Below are positions 10,038-19,690 of a stretch of 64,000 bases of DNA, piece by piece. The stretch spans positions 3,568-67,567 of the forward strand of contig CAYLHF010000006.1 in the NCBI GenBank assembly GCA_964383365.1, in the 5' to 3' direction. The DNA comes from an uncultured Rhodothermales bacterium (GTDB lineage Bacteria; Bacteroidota; Rhodothermia; Rhodothermales; UBA10348). The position numbers and the translations under genes are program-made. Position 1 is the stretch's first letter. Every line of letters begins with the position of its first letter. Below the pieces are notes generated by a model. It was not told the origin of the DNA. It did no database searches and worked only from the letters and a program-made list of their open reading frames with translations.

Positions 10038-11191
10038 CTGATTCTGAGAACGAGCAGGGCCGCGATCACGGTCGCGGCAGTTACAAGCCAGAATCGGATT
10101 ACGATCTTGGCCTCATGCATTCCCGTCGCCTCGAAGTGGTGATGAATCGGTGCCATTCGAAAAACCCGTTTCCCGACACCGCTCTTTTTCCTGGTGTGTC
10201 TGAACCAGGACGTCTGAATGATGACCGAAAGAGTCTCCATGAAGAAAACGGCACAGAGGAGCGGAAGCAGCAGTTCTTTCCGAATGAGGAGTGTCATGGT
10301 GCCGACTGCCGCACCCAGCGAGAGCGCCCCCGTATCCCCCATGAAGACAGAGGCCGGATACCCGTTAAACCAGAGGAAGCCGAAACAGGCGCTCGCAAGA
10401 GCCGCAGCAAAAATGGTCAGTTCGCCGGCACCGGGTAGGAACAGTTCGTTCAGAAAGTCAGCAAAGACTGCGTTTCCAGCGATGTATGACAGAGCCGTCA
10501 GACCAAGAGCTACGATGCCGGTTACTCCTGCAGCCAGTCCGTCGAGTCCGTCGGTCAGATTCACCGCGTTGGACAACGCGGTGATGATGAAGATCACCAC
10601 GGGGATGTAGACCAACCACCCGAGATCGATGGTCTCGATCCAGAATCGGAAAATGTTGTAGTCGAATGTCTCGTCCTTGACGAACGGCAGGTAGGTCAGC
10701 GTGTTGATATCACTGAATTGGGGATGAAAATAGAGAATGGAGCCGACGATCATACCCAGTGAAATCTGTCCGATGAGCTTGATTCTGGCCGGCAACCCAC
10801 TCTTGTCTTTTCTGATGACCTTTATATAATCGTCGGCAAAACCAAACGCTCCCATCCACGCCGTCGACAGAAGAATGAGCCATACGTACACCTCTGCGAC
10901 GGCTCCCCACAGCAGAGTCGAACCCAGGACGGAGAGGAGAATAATGAGACCGCCCATGGTGGGCGTTCCCGATTTGCTCGAATGATCAACGATACCCGCC
11001 TGGACTCCTACTCGGATCTGTTCCTCCAACTGCTGCCGCTTCAGCCACGCTATGATGCTTCTGCCCGCGACGAGTGCAATCAGAAGCGACGTGATCGCAG
11101 CCAGCGATGCCCTGACAGTTATATACTGAATCGCCTGAAAGCCCGGAGGCTGAAAGGTCCTTTCCAGATATTGTATGATGTAATAGAGCAT
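10034..11191 (-). CDS. mraY: Phospho-N-acetylmuramoyl-pentapeptide transferase
   Basis: 385 aa membrane protein with motifs NLTDGLDGLA, MGDTGALSLGAAVG and PIHHHFE. Confidence 0.96.
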   Translation of the reverse strand: MLYYIIQYLERTFQPPGFQAIQYITVRASLAAITSLLIALVAGRSIIAWLKRQQLEEQIRVGVQAGIVDHSSKSGTPTMGGLIILLSVLGSTLLWGAVAEVYVWLILLSTAWMGAFGFADDYIKVIRKDKSGLPARIKLIGQISLGMIVGSILYFHPQFSDINTLTYLPFVKDETFDYNIFRFWIETIDLGWLVYIPVVIFIITALSNAVNLTDGLDGLAAGVTGIVALGLTALSYIAGNAVFADFLNELFLPGAGELTIFAAALASACFGFLWFNGYPASVFMGDTGALSLGAAVGTMTLLIRKELLLPLLCAVFFMETLSVIIQTSWFRHTRKKSGVGKRVFRMAPIHHHFEATGMHEAKIVIRFWLVTAATVIAALLVLRIR

Positions 11192-11218
11192 AGGTCCGTG
11201 TTCAGTACACGGCGTGGT

Positions 11219-12724
11219 TTATGGCTTTCCGGGCCGCCCGGAATGGTGGAGTGTTTCTTGAGAAGAAAAATATCTTTGTACTTTCAGTCGGTCATCGAAG
11301 GGGATCTCCCTGTCACCAATGACCTGGACCGTCTCGTGACCTTTTCCGGCAATCAGAATTATGTCTCCCGGAAGACTTCCGTCTGCTGCGGCCGCGATGG
11401 CCTCCTCCCGCTCGACAATACGGGCCGTGTTCTCCGGTGCCACCATTCCGGAACAGACGTCCTCGATAATCCGGAGAGGATCTTCGAAACGGGGATTATC
11501 GCTCGTCACGATTACCCGGTCTGCCAGGCGCTCGGCGATCGCTCCCATTTGGGCCCGCTTCCCGGTATCTCTGTTTCCCCCGCACCCAAAAACGCACCAC
11601 ACACGTCGCTTCTTTTTCATTCCGCCGATCGCCCGGAGAACATGTTCCAGGGCATCCGGTGTGTGGGCATAATCGATGATGACGGGTCTGTCGTTACTAC
11701 CTTCGATAACTTCAAATCTGCCTGGAACCGGGTCAGCGGTTTCAAGCGCTGTGAGTACGCGGTCGGGCTCCATCCCCAGTGCCAGCCCACATCCGTATGC
11801 CGCTGCCAGGTTGGCCGCATTGAACGCACCGGAGAGCCTGAACCGTGTATCGTGCCCGTCGATCTTCATTTGCAAACCATGGATCGAGTCGTGGGTAAGC
11901 TCGTATCGTATATCGGCGGTCCGATCCGTGCCGTACGTAATAGATCGTGTTGAGAGGGAATTTTTAATACTCGCTCCGGACGGATCGTCCATGTTCACCA
12001 CACCCGTCGCGTCGGACGATAGCTCCTCGAACAAGCGTGTTTTCGCCTCCAGATAGCAAGATTCTGAACCATGATAATCCAGATGATCCCGCGTCAGATT
12101 GGTAAAAATCGCCACATCCACATCTGCTATCCGGATGCGGTGCTGGTCGAGGGCGTGCGAAGAGAGTTCCATCGAACAGGCTGCGCAACCTGTATCTCGC
12201 ATGGTGGCCAGTAGTTGGTACACTCGGGTCGGGGAGGGGGTAGTCTGCGTCGCTCCGTGCATCAGACGCCCATCGTAATAGCCGGTTGTACCGATGAATC
12301 CGGTCCGGTAACCAACACACTCCAGAAGATGCCTCGATAGCGTCGCCACGGTTGTCTTTCCGTTGGTCCCGGTCACACCGACGATTTTCAGTGCTTCTCC
12401 GGGATCATCAACGTGCATCGAAGCAATCTCTACGAGTGCCCTCCTGGAGTCTGACACATGAACGAAAGCGGTATCTGATCGAGTAGATGTAGATTCTTCC
12501 GGCTCACTTTCACACACGATGACACGGACCCCTTGCTTCATCGCCTGCGGTATGAACCGGTGACCATCGACAGAACTACCCTTGACGGCGACAAAACAGG
12601 ACGTCGGACCCGCCTCGCGGCTGTCAGCCGTCAGGTGGTCGTATTGTACCGGTTCACCCGGCTTGTATCCAGCCAGCAATCCCTTGGCTGCGATCCTCTC
12701 TACCATGTCATTAAGTTGAATCAT
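11219..12724 (-). CDS. murE: UDP-MurNAc-L-Ala-D-Glu--2,6-diaminopimelate ligase
   Basis: 501 aa. Motifs VTGTNGKTTVA, TSDNPRFEDP (the DNPR motif associated with meso-DAP-adding MurE) and AGKGHE. Confidence 0.94.
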   Translation of the reverse strand: MIQLNDMVERIAAKGLLAGYKPGEPVQYDHLTADSREAGPTSCFVAVKGSSVDGHRFIPQAMKQGVRVIVCESEPEESTSTRSDTAFVHVSDSRRALVEIASMHVDDPGEALKIVGVTGTNGKTTVATLSRHLLECVGYRTGFIGTTGYYDGRLMHGATQTTPSPTRVYQLLATMRDTGCAACSMELSSHALDQHRIRIADVDVAIFTNLTRDHLDYHGSESCYLEAKTRLFEELSSDATGVVNMDDPSGASIKNSLSTRSITYGTDRTADIRYELTHDSIHGLQMKIDGHDTRFRLSGAFNAANLAAAYGCGLALGMEPDRVLTALETADPVPGRFEVIEGSNDRPVIIDYAHTPDALEHVLRAIGGMKKKRRVWCVFGCGGNRDTGKRAQMGAIAERLADRVIVTSDNPRFEDPLRIIEDVCSGMVAPENTARIVEREEAIAAAADGSLPGDIILIAGKGHETVQVIGDREIPFDDRLKVQRYFSSQETLHHSGRPGKP

Positions 12725-12772
12725 CGAATCAACAATCCTTTCCGTCCATATCCGATCTTTTTTGCTTTCTGC

Positions 12773-14851
12773 TCATCTGCATTGCAATACGGCCGTCGTG
12801 CCTATTGGCTCTCCGGCACCGGGCCACTGTTTGTAGACGCTCCCGTTACCTTCTATCCGCGACTTTATACCTCTATCAGAGAGAATGAAATTTGCATCCC
12901 TCACGCCGAGTCCGACCACATCCGGCATCGTTCCCATTTCGTCATCCGACGCGACCTTCAATTCGATTACTTCGCCGGTCGAGACCCGTAGTTTTCCCCC
13001 GTCTGACTGGGCAATTACCCGGCGACGCGTATCTGAGGAACCAGACGAAAATGCTTCAAGTCCGGCCGCCCGCAGCTGTCTGGTCGCAACGGCTACGGGA
13101 AGGCCTACCACACCCGGTACGGATGACTCCGAAAGTCGTATCCGAGAATCGTCCCGGCTTACGTTATTTGCCCCTGGCATCGTCGCCAACCAACGAGTGG
13201 CAATCCGCCTGAAAACAGGTGCGGCGACTACGCCACCATAAATGCTTTTGGCTGGTCTGTCCATGAGTACCAGTAATGCAACAGTCGGGTGTTCGCTCGG
13301 AAAAAAGCCAACAAACGTCGCACGATATTTCCCGATATATCGCCCGTTCTCGACGATGCGTGCCGTACCTGTTTTACCGGCTATTCGAACGCCCTCTATC
13401 GCCGCCTCTCTGGCCGTACCCGATTCCACTACTTCCTCGAAAGCCGGCATCAGGGTCCGGGCTGTGACTGGAAGGAATGCTCTCCGAACGGAATCCTGCG
13501 CCGCCATCCAGACGGTATGTCCGGTCACGTCTCGTCTCTCGGCGACCAGGTGAGGCCTGACCAACAGCCCGTGATTTGCGAGCGAGCTGTACGCCGCAAG
13601 AATCTGGATCGGAGTCACCTCTATCTCGTATCCGCGGCTCATAGCTGATTTGGTAGGTCCAGACCACCGGGAAGGCCGTTTGAGCCTGCCTGGGACTTCA
13701 CCGGGAAGATCTATTCCGGTCGGGATTCCAAATCCCAGGTTCCGGGCGTATTGATAGAGTGTCGCAGGCCTCATACCCTCCACGACTTTTGCAACGCCCA
13801 CATTACTCGAGAGTGATAGCACTTCCCAGAAGGGTATGCGTCCGTGCGGATGCGTGTCACGAAGCGTTCGACCGAACTGGACGAGCGTCCCGTCTCCGGT
13901 ATCTACGGTATCTGACATGGAGATCAATCCGGACTCGACAGCCGCGACAGCAGAAATCAACTTGAATGAGGAACCCGGCTCGATCTGATCGGAAATAGCG
14001 TGATTTCGCCTGCTGGAGATCGGAAAGCCTGCGGCGTTATTGGGATCGAACGTCGGGAAATTTGCCATTCCGAGAATAGCGCCAGTTCTTGGATCCATCG
14101 CCACGGCAGTAGCCCAGTCGGCCCCGGCGTCGACGGCGCCAGCTCTCAGTTCTTCCTCCATGATCGCCTGTCGCGCCAGATCGAGCGTGAGAACGACGCT
14201 TTCACCATGAACAGGGGGCTGCCCGGCTCCCCCGGCCGTCTCCTTTAACCGGCGCTTCATGTCTCGTCTGAGTACGCGTCGACCGGGAGTGCCCTTCAGG
14301 TAGTCATTATAAGATTGCTCGATTCCGGCAATACCATTCCGGTCGGCATCCACATGTCCCAAAATATGAGAGGCTACTTTCCCGTAATTGTACCGTCTGG
14401 AAACACGGCGTTCAATTTTGACCCCGGGTATGGTGGAAATCGATTCTCTGTCCCGATCGTCCAGCACGATATTCCGGGCCACGAGAACGTATCTGGGACT
14501 CGTACGACTTCTGATTGTACGTCTCACCTGACTTACCGTCCGGTTAGTCACGCGTGATAGCCGGGAATAAAAGTCTTGCGACCGGGCGGAGAATCCGGCT
14601 GTCGTCGGGTCGAGTGCTATATCGAACCGTTCAACATTGGCAGCCAGTGTTCGACCGTTTCGATCCAGGATGGCCCCCCTGAGGGCAGGCACCTGTGCGT
14701 ATGCTGTCGCCTGTTGTTCCCCTTCTGTCCGAAGAGCGTCACCTGTCACAAATGCCAGGTTGAATACCTGCAAAACAACCAGTACGGGGACGATACTGAC
14801 GAGCGTCAGCATGACATACATTCTGGCTAATATTTGATCTCTTGGTTTCAC
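12773..14851 (-). CDS. ftsI: Division-specific class B penicillin-binding protein (FtsI/PBP3-like) with two C-terminal PASTA-like repeats
   Basis: 692 aa. N-terminal TM; transpeptidase motifs SSFK (PGSSFKL), SSN (LSSNVG) and KTGTA. The C-terminal ~130 aa form two repeats, VPGVVGLPVAVATRQLRAAGLEA...VIELKV and MPDVVGLGVRDANFILSDRGIKS...TTAVLQC. Confidence 0.93.
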   Translation of the reverse strand: MKPRDQILARMYVMLTLVSIVPVLVVLQVFNLAFVTGDALRTEGEQQATAYAQVPALRGAILDRNGRTLAANVERFDIALDPTTAGFSARSQDFYSRLSRVTNRTVSQVRRTIRSRTSPRYVLVARNIVLDDRDRESISTIPGVKIERRVSRRYNYGKVASHILGHVDADRNGIAGIEQSYNDYLKGTPGRRVLRRDMKRRLKETAGGAGQPPVHGESVVLTLDLARQAIMEEELRAGAVDAGADWATAVAMDPRTGAILGMANFPTFDPNNAAGFPISSRRNHAISDQIEPGSSFKLISAVAAVESGLISMSDTVDTGDGTLVQFGRTLRDTHPHGRIPFWEVLSLSSNVGVAKVVEGMRPATLYQYARNLGFGIPTGIDLPGEVPGRLKRPSRWSGPTKSAMSRGYEIEVTPIQILAAYSSLANHGLLVRPHLVAERRDVTGHTVWMAAQDSVRRAFLPVTARTLMPAFEEVVESGTAREAAIEGVRIAGKTGTARIVENGRYIGKYRATFVGFFPSEHPTVALLVLMDRPAKSIYGGVVAAPVFRRIATRWLATMPGANNVSRDDSRIRLSESSVPGVVGLPVAVATRQLRAAGLEAFSSGSSDTRRRVIAQSDGGKLRVSTGEVIELKVASDDEMGTMPDVVGLGVRDANFILSDRGIKSRIEGNGSVYKQWPGAGEPIGTTAVLQCR

Positions 14852-14866
14852 GTAGGAGAGATATGG

Positions 14867-15424
14867 TCAGGGCTGGAGCATTATTTCACGTCCATCTCTA
14901 GATCGCTCTTTGAGACCGAGGTTGCGGGCACGATCCGAAATGACCGTCGGCCCGGTACGACGGTCATATTCCCCTTTCAGGGCATTGAACTCCAGACTCA
15001 TCACCAGCTTGTCCTTGCGGAGCGTCTGCAGATCAGTCAATAAATTCTGTGTCGCGTACACGTGTCCCACGTACAACGTTACGAGGATGACCACCGATAG
15101 AACAGCGAGTGAGAAACGTAGTGTCGATAGTCCCTGCAACCCGGAGTCCTGTTCCTCCGGGGTAGCGAGTCGCTCATTGTTGAACTCCTTCAACTCACCC
15201 CACCCCGGGCCCGTAATCGCAGCAATTCGGCTTCGTTTCCCCGCGTTGTTCGCCGGCCTGCGGGAACGCGGCTTGGGTGGCGCCTTTCTTTTTACCGTCG
15301 ATGCCCCCGAGGCGGACCGTCTACGATGCGTTGCAGCACTTTTGGCAGACAATCCGCTGACAAATCGGACAGACGTCTGCTTCTTTTTCTGCTTTGCTGA
15401 ACTCTTTGATTTAGAAGTGGCCAT
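14867..15424 (-). CDS. ftsL: FtsL-like division protein with a long basic N-terminal extension
   Basis: 185 aa. A Lys/Arg/Ser-rich first ~95 aa, then a single TM (LAVLSVVILVTLYVGHVY) and a short coiled-coil-like tail. Lies between rsmH and ftsI, as ftsL does in dcw clusters. Confidence 0.65.
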   Translation of the reverse strand: MATSKSKSSAKQKKKQTSVRFVSGLSAKSAATHRRRSASGASTVKRKAPPKPRSRRPANNAGKRSRIAAITGPGWGELKEFNNERLATPEEQDSGLQGLSTLRFSLAVLSVVILVTLYVGHVYATQNLLTDLQTLRKDKLVMSLEFNALKGEYDRRTGPTVISDRARNLGLKERSRDGREIMLQP

Positions 15425-15432
15425 AATCCGTG

Positions 15433-16431
15433 TTATTCATCCGTGTCCGTTATTCCGCTGTACCGGGTGCGCTCGGCGATTCGCAGGCGTGCGCTTCTTG
15501 AACGAGGATTTATTTTCAGCTCTTCCTCCGATGCCATCACCGGTTTTTTGGTCACTTCAGTCCAGGGTACCAGACGATTTCCATACAGATCTCGCCGTAG
15601 ATTTCCTTCAAAATTTCCCGTCCTGAACAGTCTCTTCGCGCGCCGATCTTCAAGCGAGTGGTATGAGATAACGGCCATTCGTCCGCCGGGTCGGATCAAT
15701 CGCGTGAAAGTCATCAGCGCTTCTTCAAGAGCCTCAATTTCACCGTTCACCTGGATTCGTATCGCCTGAAACACGCGTGCCAGCGTCTTCGACCGCTTCG
15801 GCGGTGCTACGAGTTGTTCTATTATTCTCGTAAGATCAGACGTCGAGGTGAGCGGTCGAACGTCGACAATAGCCGTCGCGATCGCGCGCGCCCGCGGCTC
15901 TTCGCCGTATTGACGTAAGACCCGCACGATTTCTCCGACAGACGACTCATTCAGAAAGTCGGCAGCCTGGCGTCCTGAGGTCTGATTCATCCGCATGTCC
16001 AGCGGCCCGTCCACGCGAAAACTGAAGCCTCGATCCGAGACATCCAGTTGATGCGATGAAACACCCAGATCCATGAGCACTCCGTCGATCTCACGAGACT
16101 CGACGAGAGAACCGACGTCCAGAAAATTGCCATGAACAAGAGTCAACTGCCCACTCTCCATAAAAGATTTCAACCGCTCGGAAGAGGCTGCAATGGCTTC
16201 CTGATCCCGGTCCAGTCCTATGACCTTCCCGGATCTCGATAGCGTGGAAAGAATCGCTTCCGTATGTCCGCCCCCGCCCAACGTCGCATCGATATACGTG
16301 CCACCCGGGTCCGAGATGATCCCTTCTACAACAGCGTTACAAAGAACAGGCGCGTGATACGAGGAAGCATGTTCAAGTGGGTGCCCCTCTGAATCTGGCG
16401 CATTCAATTCCGTATTTCTTTTGCCAGACAT
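15433..16431 (-). CDS. rsmH: 16S rRNA (cytosine1402-N4)-methyltransferase RsmH/MraW
   Basis: 332 aa. Motifs YIDATLGGGGHTEAIL and HQLD; second gene of the dcw cluster. Confidence 0.95.
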   Translation of the reverse strand: MSGKRNTELNAPDSEGHPLEHASSYHAPVLCNAVVEGIISDPGGTYIDATLGGGGHTEAILSTLSRSGKVIGLDRDQEAIAASSERLKSFMESGQLTLVHGNFLDVGSLVESREIDGVLMDLGVSSHQLDVSDRGFSFRVDGPLDMRMNQTSGRQAADFLNESSVGEIVRVLRQYGEEPRARAIATAIVDVRPLTSTSDLTRIIEQLVAPPKRSKTLARVFQAIRIQVNGEIEALEEALMTFTRLIRPGGRMAVISYHSLEDRRAKRLFRTGNFEGNLRRDLYGNRLVPWTEVTKKPVMASEEELKINPRSRSARLRIAERTRYSGITDTDE

Positions 16432-16432
16432 C

Positions 16433-16876
16433 TCATGAACCCATCACGCGTTCTGCGAGAGCTTCCTGATCGTCAGGTAAATCCTGTAAGTAATGATCGA
16501 ATTTTTCCGGATCCCAGATCTCAATACGCTCCATCGCTCCGATGATGAGCGCTTTGTCCGAGATGCCGGCATATTCAATAAGAGGTTTAGTAAGCGATAC
16601 CCTGCCTTGTCCGTCGAGCGTCACTTCGTCGGCCCACATCAATATGGTCCGAACCAGGTGCCTTGCCTGCCGATCGTACGTATTCAGTGCTGCGTACTGC
16701 GCCTCCTTTTTTTGCCATTCATCGAGGGGATACACATAAATACAAGGCTCAAATCCACGAGTCATCGTGAACGTCGACAGCGCTTCAGGTCGAAGAGACG
16801 ACCTCATTTTCGCCGGAATGGCTACCCGTCCCTTTCGGTCGACGGCATACAGTGCCTGTCCTTTGAAGCTTGCCAT
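16433..16876 (-). CDS. mraZ: Transcriptional regulator MraZ
   Basis: 147 aa with two SpoVT/AbrB-like halves (DRKGRVAIPAKMR and DGQGRVSLTKPL); first gene of the dcw cluster. Confidence 0.95.
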   Translation of the reverse strand: MASFKGQALYAVDRKGRVAIPAKMRSSLRPEALSTFTMTRGFEPCIYVYPLDEWQKKEAQYAALNTYDRQARHLVRTILMWADEVTLDGQGRVSLTKPLIEYAGISDKALIIGAMERIEIWDPEKFDHYLQDLPDDQEALAERVMGS

Positions 16877-16923
16877 GAGCGCTAATCGACCGACGATGCA
16901 TTCTTTCTGGATGTACTGAGCTT

Positions 16924-16950
16924 GTGGGAAATCTCCCCACTATTCCCCAC
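16924..16950 (-). promoter_or_regulatory. Candidate MraZ operator (GTGGG-type boxes at 10-bp spacing)
   Basis: Read on the mraZ strand: aaGTGGGGAatAGTGGGGAgatttCCCACaag. That is two direct GTGGGG boxes 10 bp apart plus a third GTGGG in inverted orientation, 50-75 bp upstream of the mraZ start. Confidence 0.5.
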
Positions 16951-16974
16951 TTTGAACGAAAGGTACGTCTTTTA

Positions 16975-16998
16975 GCCCGAAAGTCAAGACTTTCGGGC
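16975..16998. promoter_or_regulatory. Near-perfect palindrome in the mraZ / lexA-like divergent region (candidate operator)
   Basis: GCCCGAAAGTC-aa-GACTTTCGGGC, with 11-bp arms. No flanking U/T tract on either strand, so it is unlikely to be a terminator. A second 12-bp palindrome, ATCAGGCCTGAT, follows at about 17015-17026. Confidence 0.4.
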
Positions 16999-17051
16999 GC
17001 TGTATCTCCCCATTATCAGGCCTGATTGGCCAATAAATGGCATGAGGAGAG

Positions 17052-17801
17052 GTGGGGGTAAAAATGTTATCCGCATCCAGTCAACACGATGGTGTTAATA
17101 TACTCACCTTTTTACTAAATTGTAGATATTATTTACACCTTACACCCTTTGGAGTGCCTCTTCGACCACTAACTGATCGACAGCGAGAAACGTATCGATT
17201 CATTGTGACCTATCTGGAATCGAACGAACGTCCACCAACGCTGCTGGAAATCGCGTCCGCAATCGGGGTGCGGTCCGTCAACAGCGTGATAAAGCTTCTC
17301 GGTCATCTCGTGGAGAAGGGCTACATTTCGAGAGATCCGGGAAGAGCCAGGGGGCTTCGGATTCTGTCCGGACGTGACATTGAACCAGCCGCCGGCCGAA
17401 GCGGAATAAACGTCCCCATCCGACGACTCCACGAGAAAACGGGCGGAACGGTAATCAGCCAGAACGAAGCAGAAGTGGTCGTCGATCGACTTTTCCTTCG
17501 AGGGCTTTCGAAACCTGGTTCCTGTTTTCTGGCCAGAGTCAATGACCATGGCTCTGGTCCTGACGGCATACGGCGGGGAGATCTGGTACTCGTCGAACCA
17601 GGAACGTCCGATCGCTACATCACCGGAGACTTAATACTGGTTCAGAACGGGGACGAATATCTTGCGCGCCGGTTCGTGGACTCGGGCGATAAGGGACTCT
17701 TACGAGCTTCGGACCGGACGTTTCCGACGATCTCCCTGGATACCTGTGACCGACATATTTCGGTCACCGGTAGAATAGTCGCCGTGATGCGCCACCTGTG
17801 A
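17052..17801 (+). CDS. LexA-family repressor-like protein (winged-helix N-domain plus S24 peptidase-like C-domain with atypical catalytic residues)
   Basis: The N-domain PLTDRQRETYRFIVTYLESNERPPTLLEIASAIGVRSVNSVIKLLGHLVEKGYISRDPGRARGLRIL matches the LexA DNA-binding domain. The C-domain FLARVNDHGSGPDGIRRGDLVLV...GDEYLARRF aligns to LexA [23 protein letters not shown]...DDEVTVKRL. The likely true start is the in-frame GTG at about 17154 (MPLRPLTDRQ...). Confidence 0.8.
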   Translation: MGVKMLSASSQHDGVNILTFLLNCRYYLHLTPFGVPLRPLTDRQRETYRFIVTYLESNERPPTLLEIASAIGVRSVNSVIKLLGHLVEKGYISRDPGRARGLRILSGRDIEPAAGRSGINVPIRRLHEKTGGTVISQNEAEVVVDRLFLRGLSKPGSCFLARVNDHGSGPDGIRRGDLVLVEPGTSDRYITGDLILVQNGDEYLARRFVDSGDKGLLRASDRTFPTISLDTCDRHISVTGRIVAVMRHL

Positions 17802-17817
17802 GACAGCGTGCCTTCGA

Positions 17818-19527
<1,710 letters not shown>

Positions 19528-19690
19528 TTAGTGGGCAGGCACGCTTCACGGCATCGATTCCTTTACAGGCGTTCCGCACCGGATCATTGGGCACAGAAAA
19601 CGAGAGAGGTGCCCGACAAAAATACGGTGTTCCTCGATCAACCGAAAATGAAGTCGATGGAAATGAGTTGAAGAGCGCTCCCTCCCCACG

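Noticed and set aside
10034-12724. The absence of murF between murE and mraY, considered as a deletion or a novel pathway variant.
   Set aside because: The gene junctions are clean, with a 27-bp gap and no remnants. As far as I recall this arrangement is normal for Bacteroidota-type dcw clusters, so it is reported only as a taxonomic marker.
17066-17074. TTATCCGCA, one mismatch from the DnaA box TTATCCACA, in the mraZ/lexA-like region. It was considered as a hint of oriC.
   Set aside because: It is a single isolated box with no cluster and no adjacent AT-rich unwinding element or dnaA gene. It is expected by chance.
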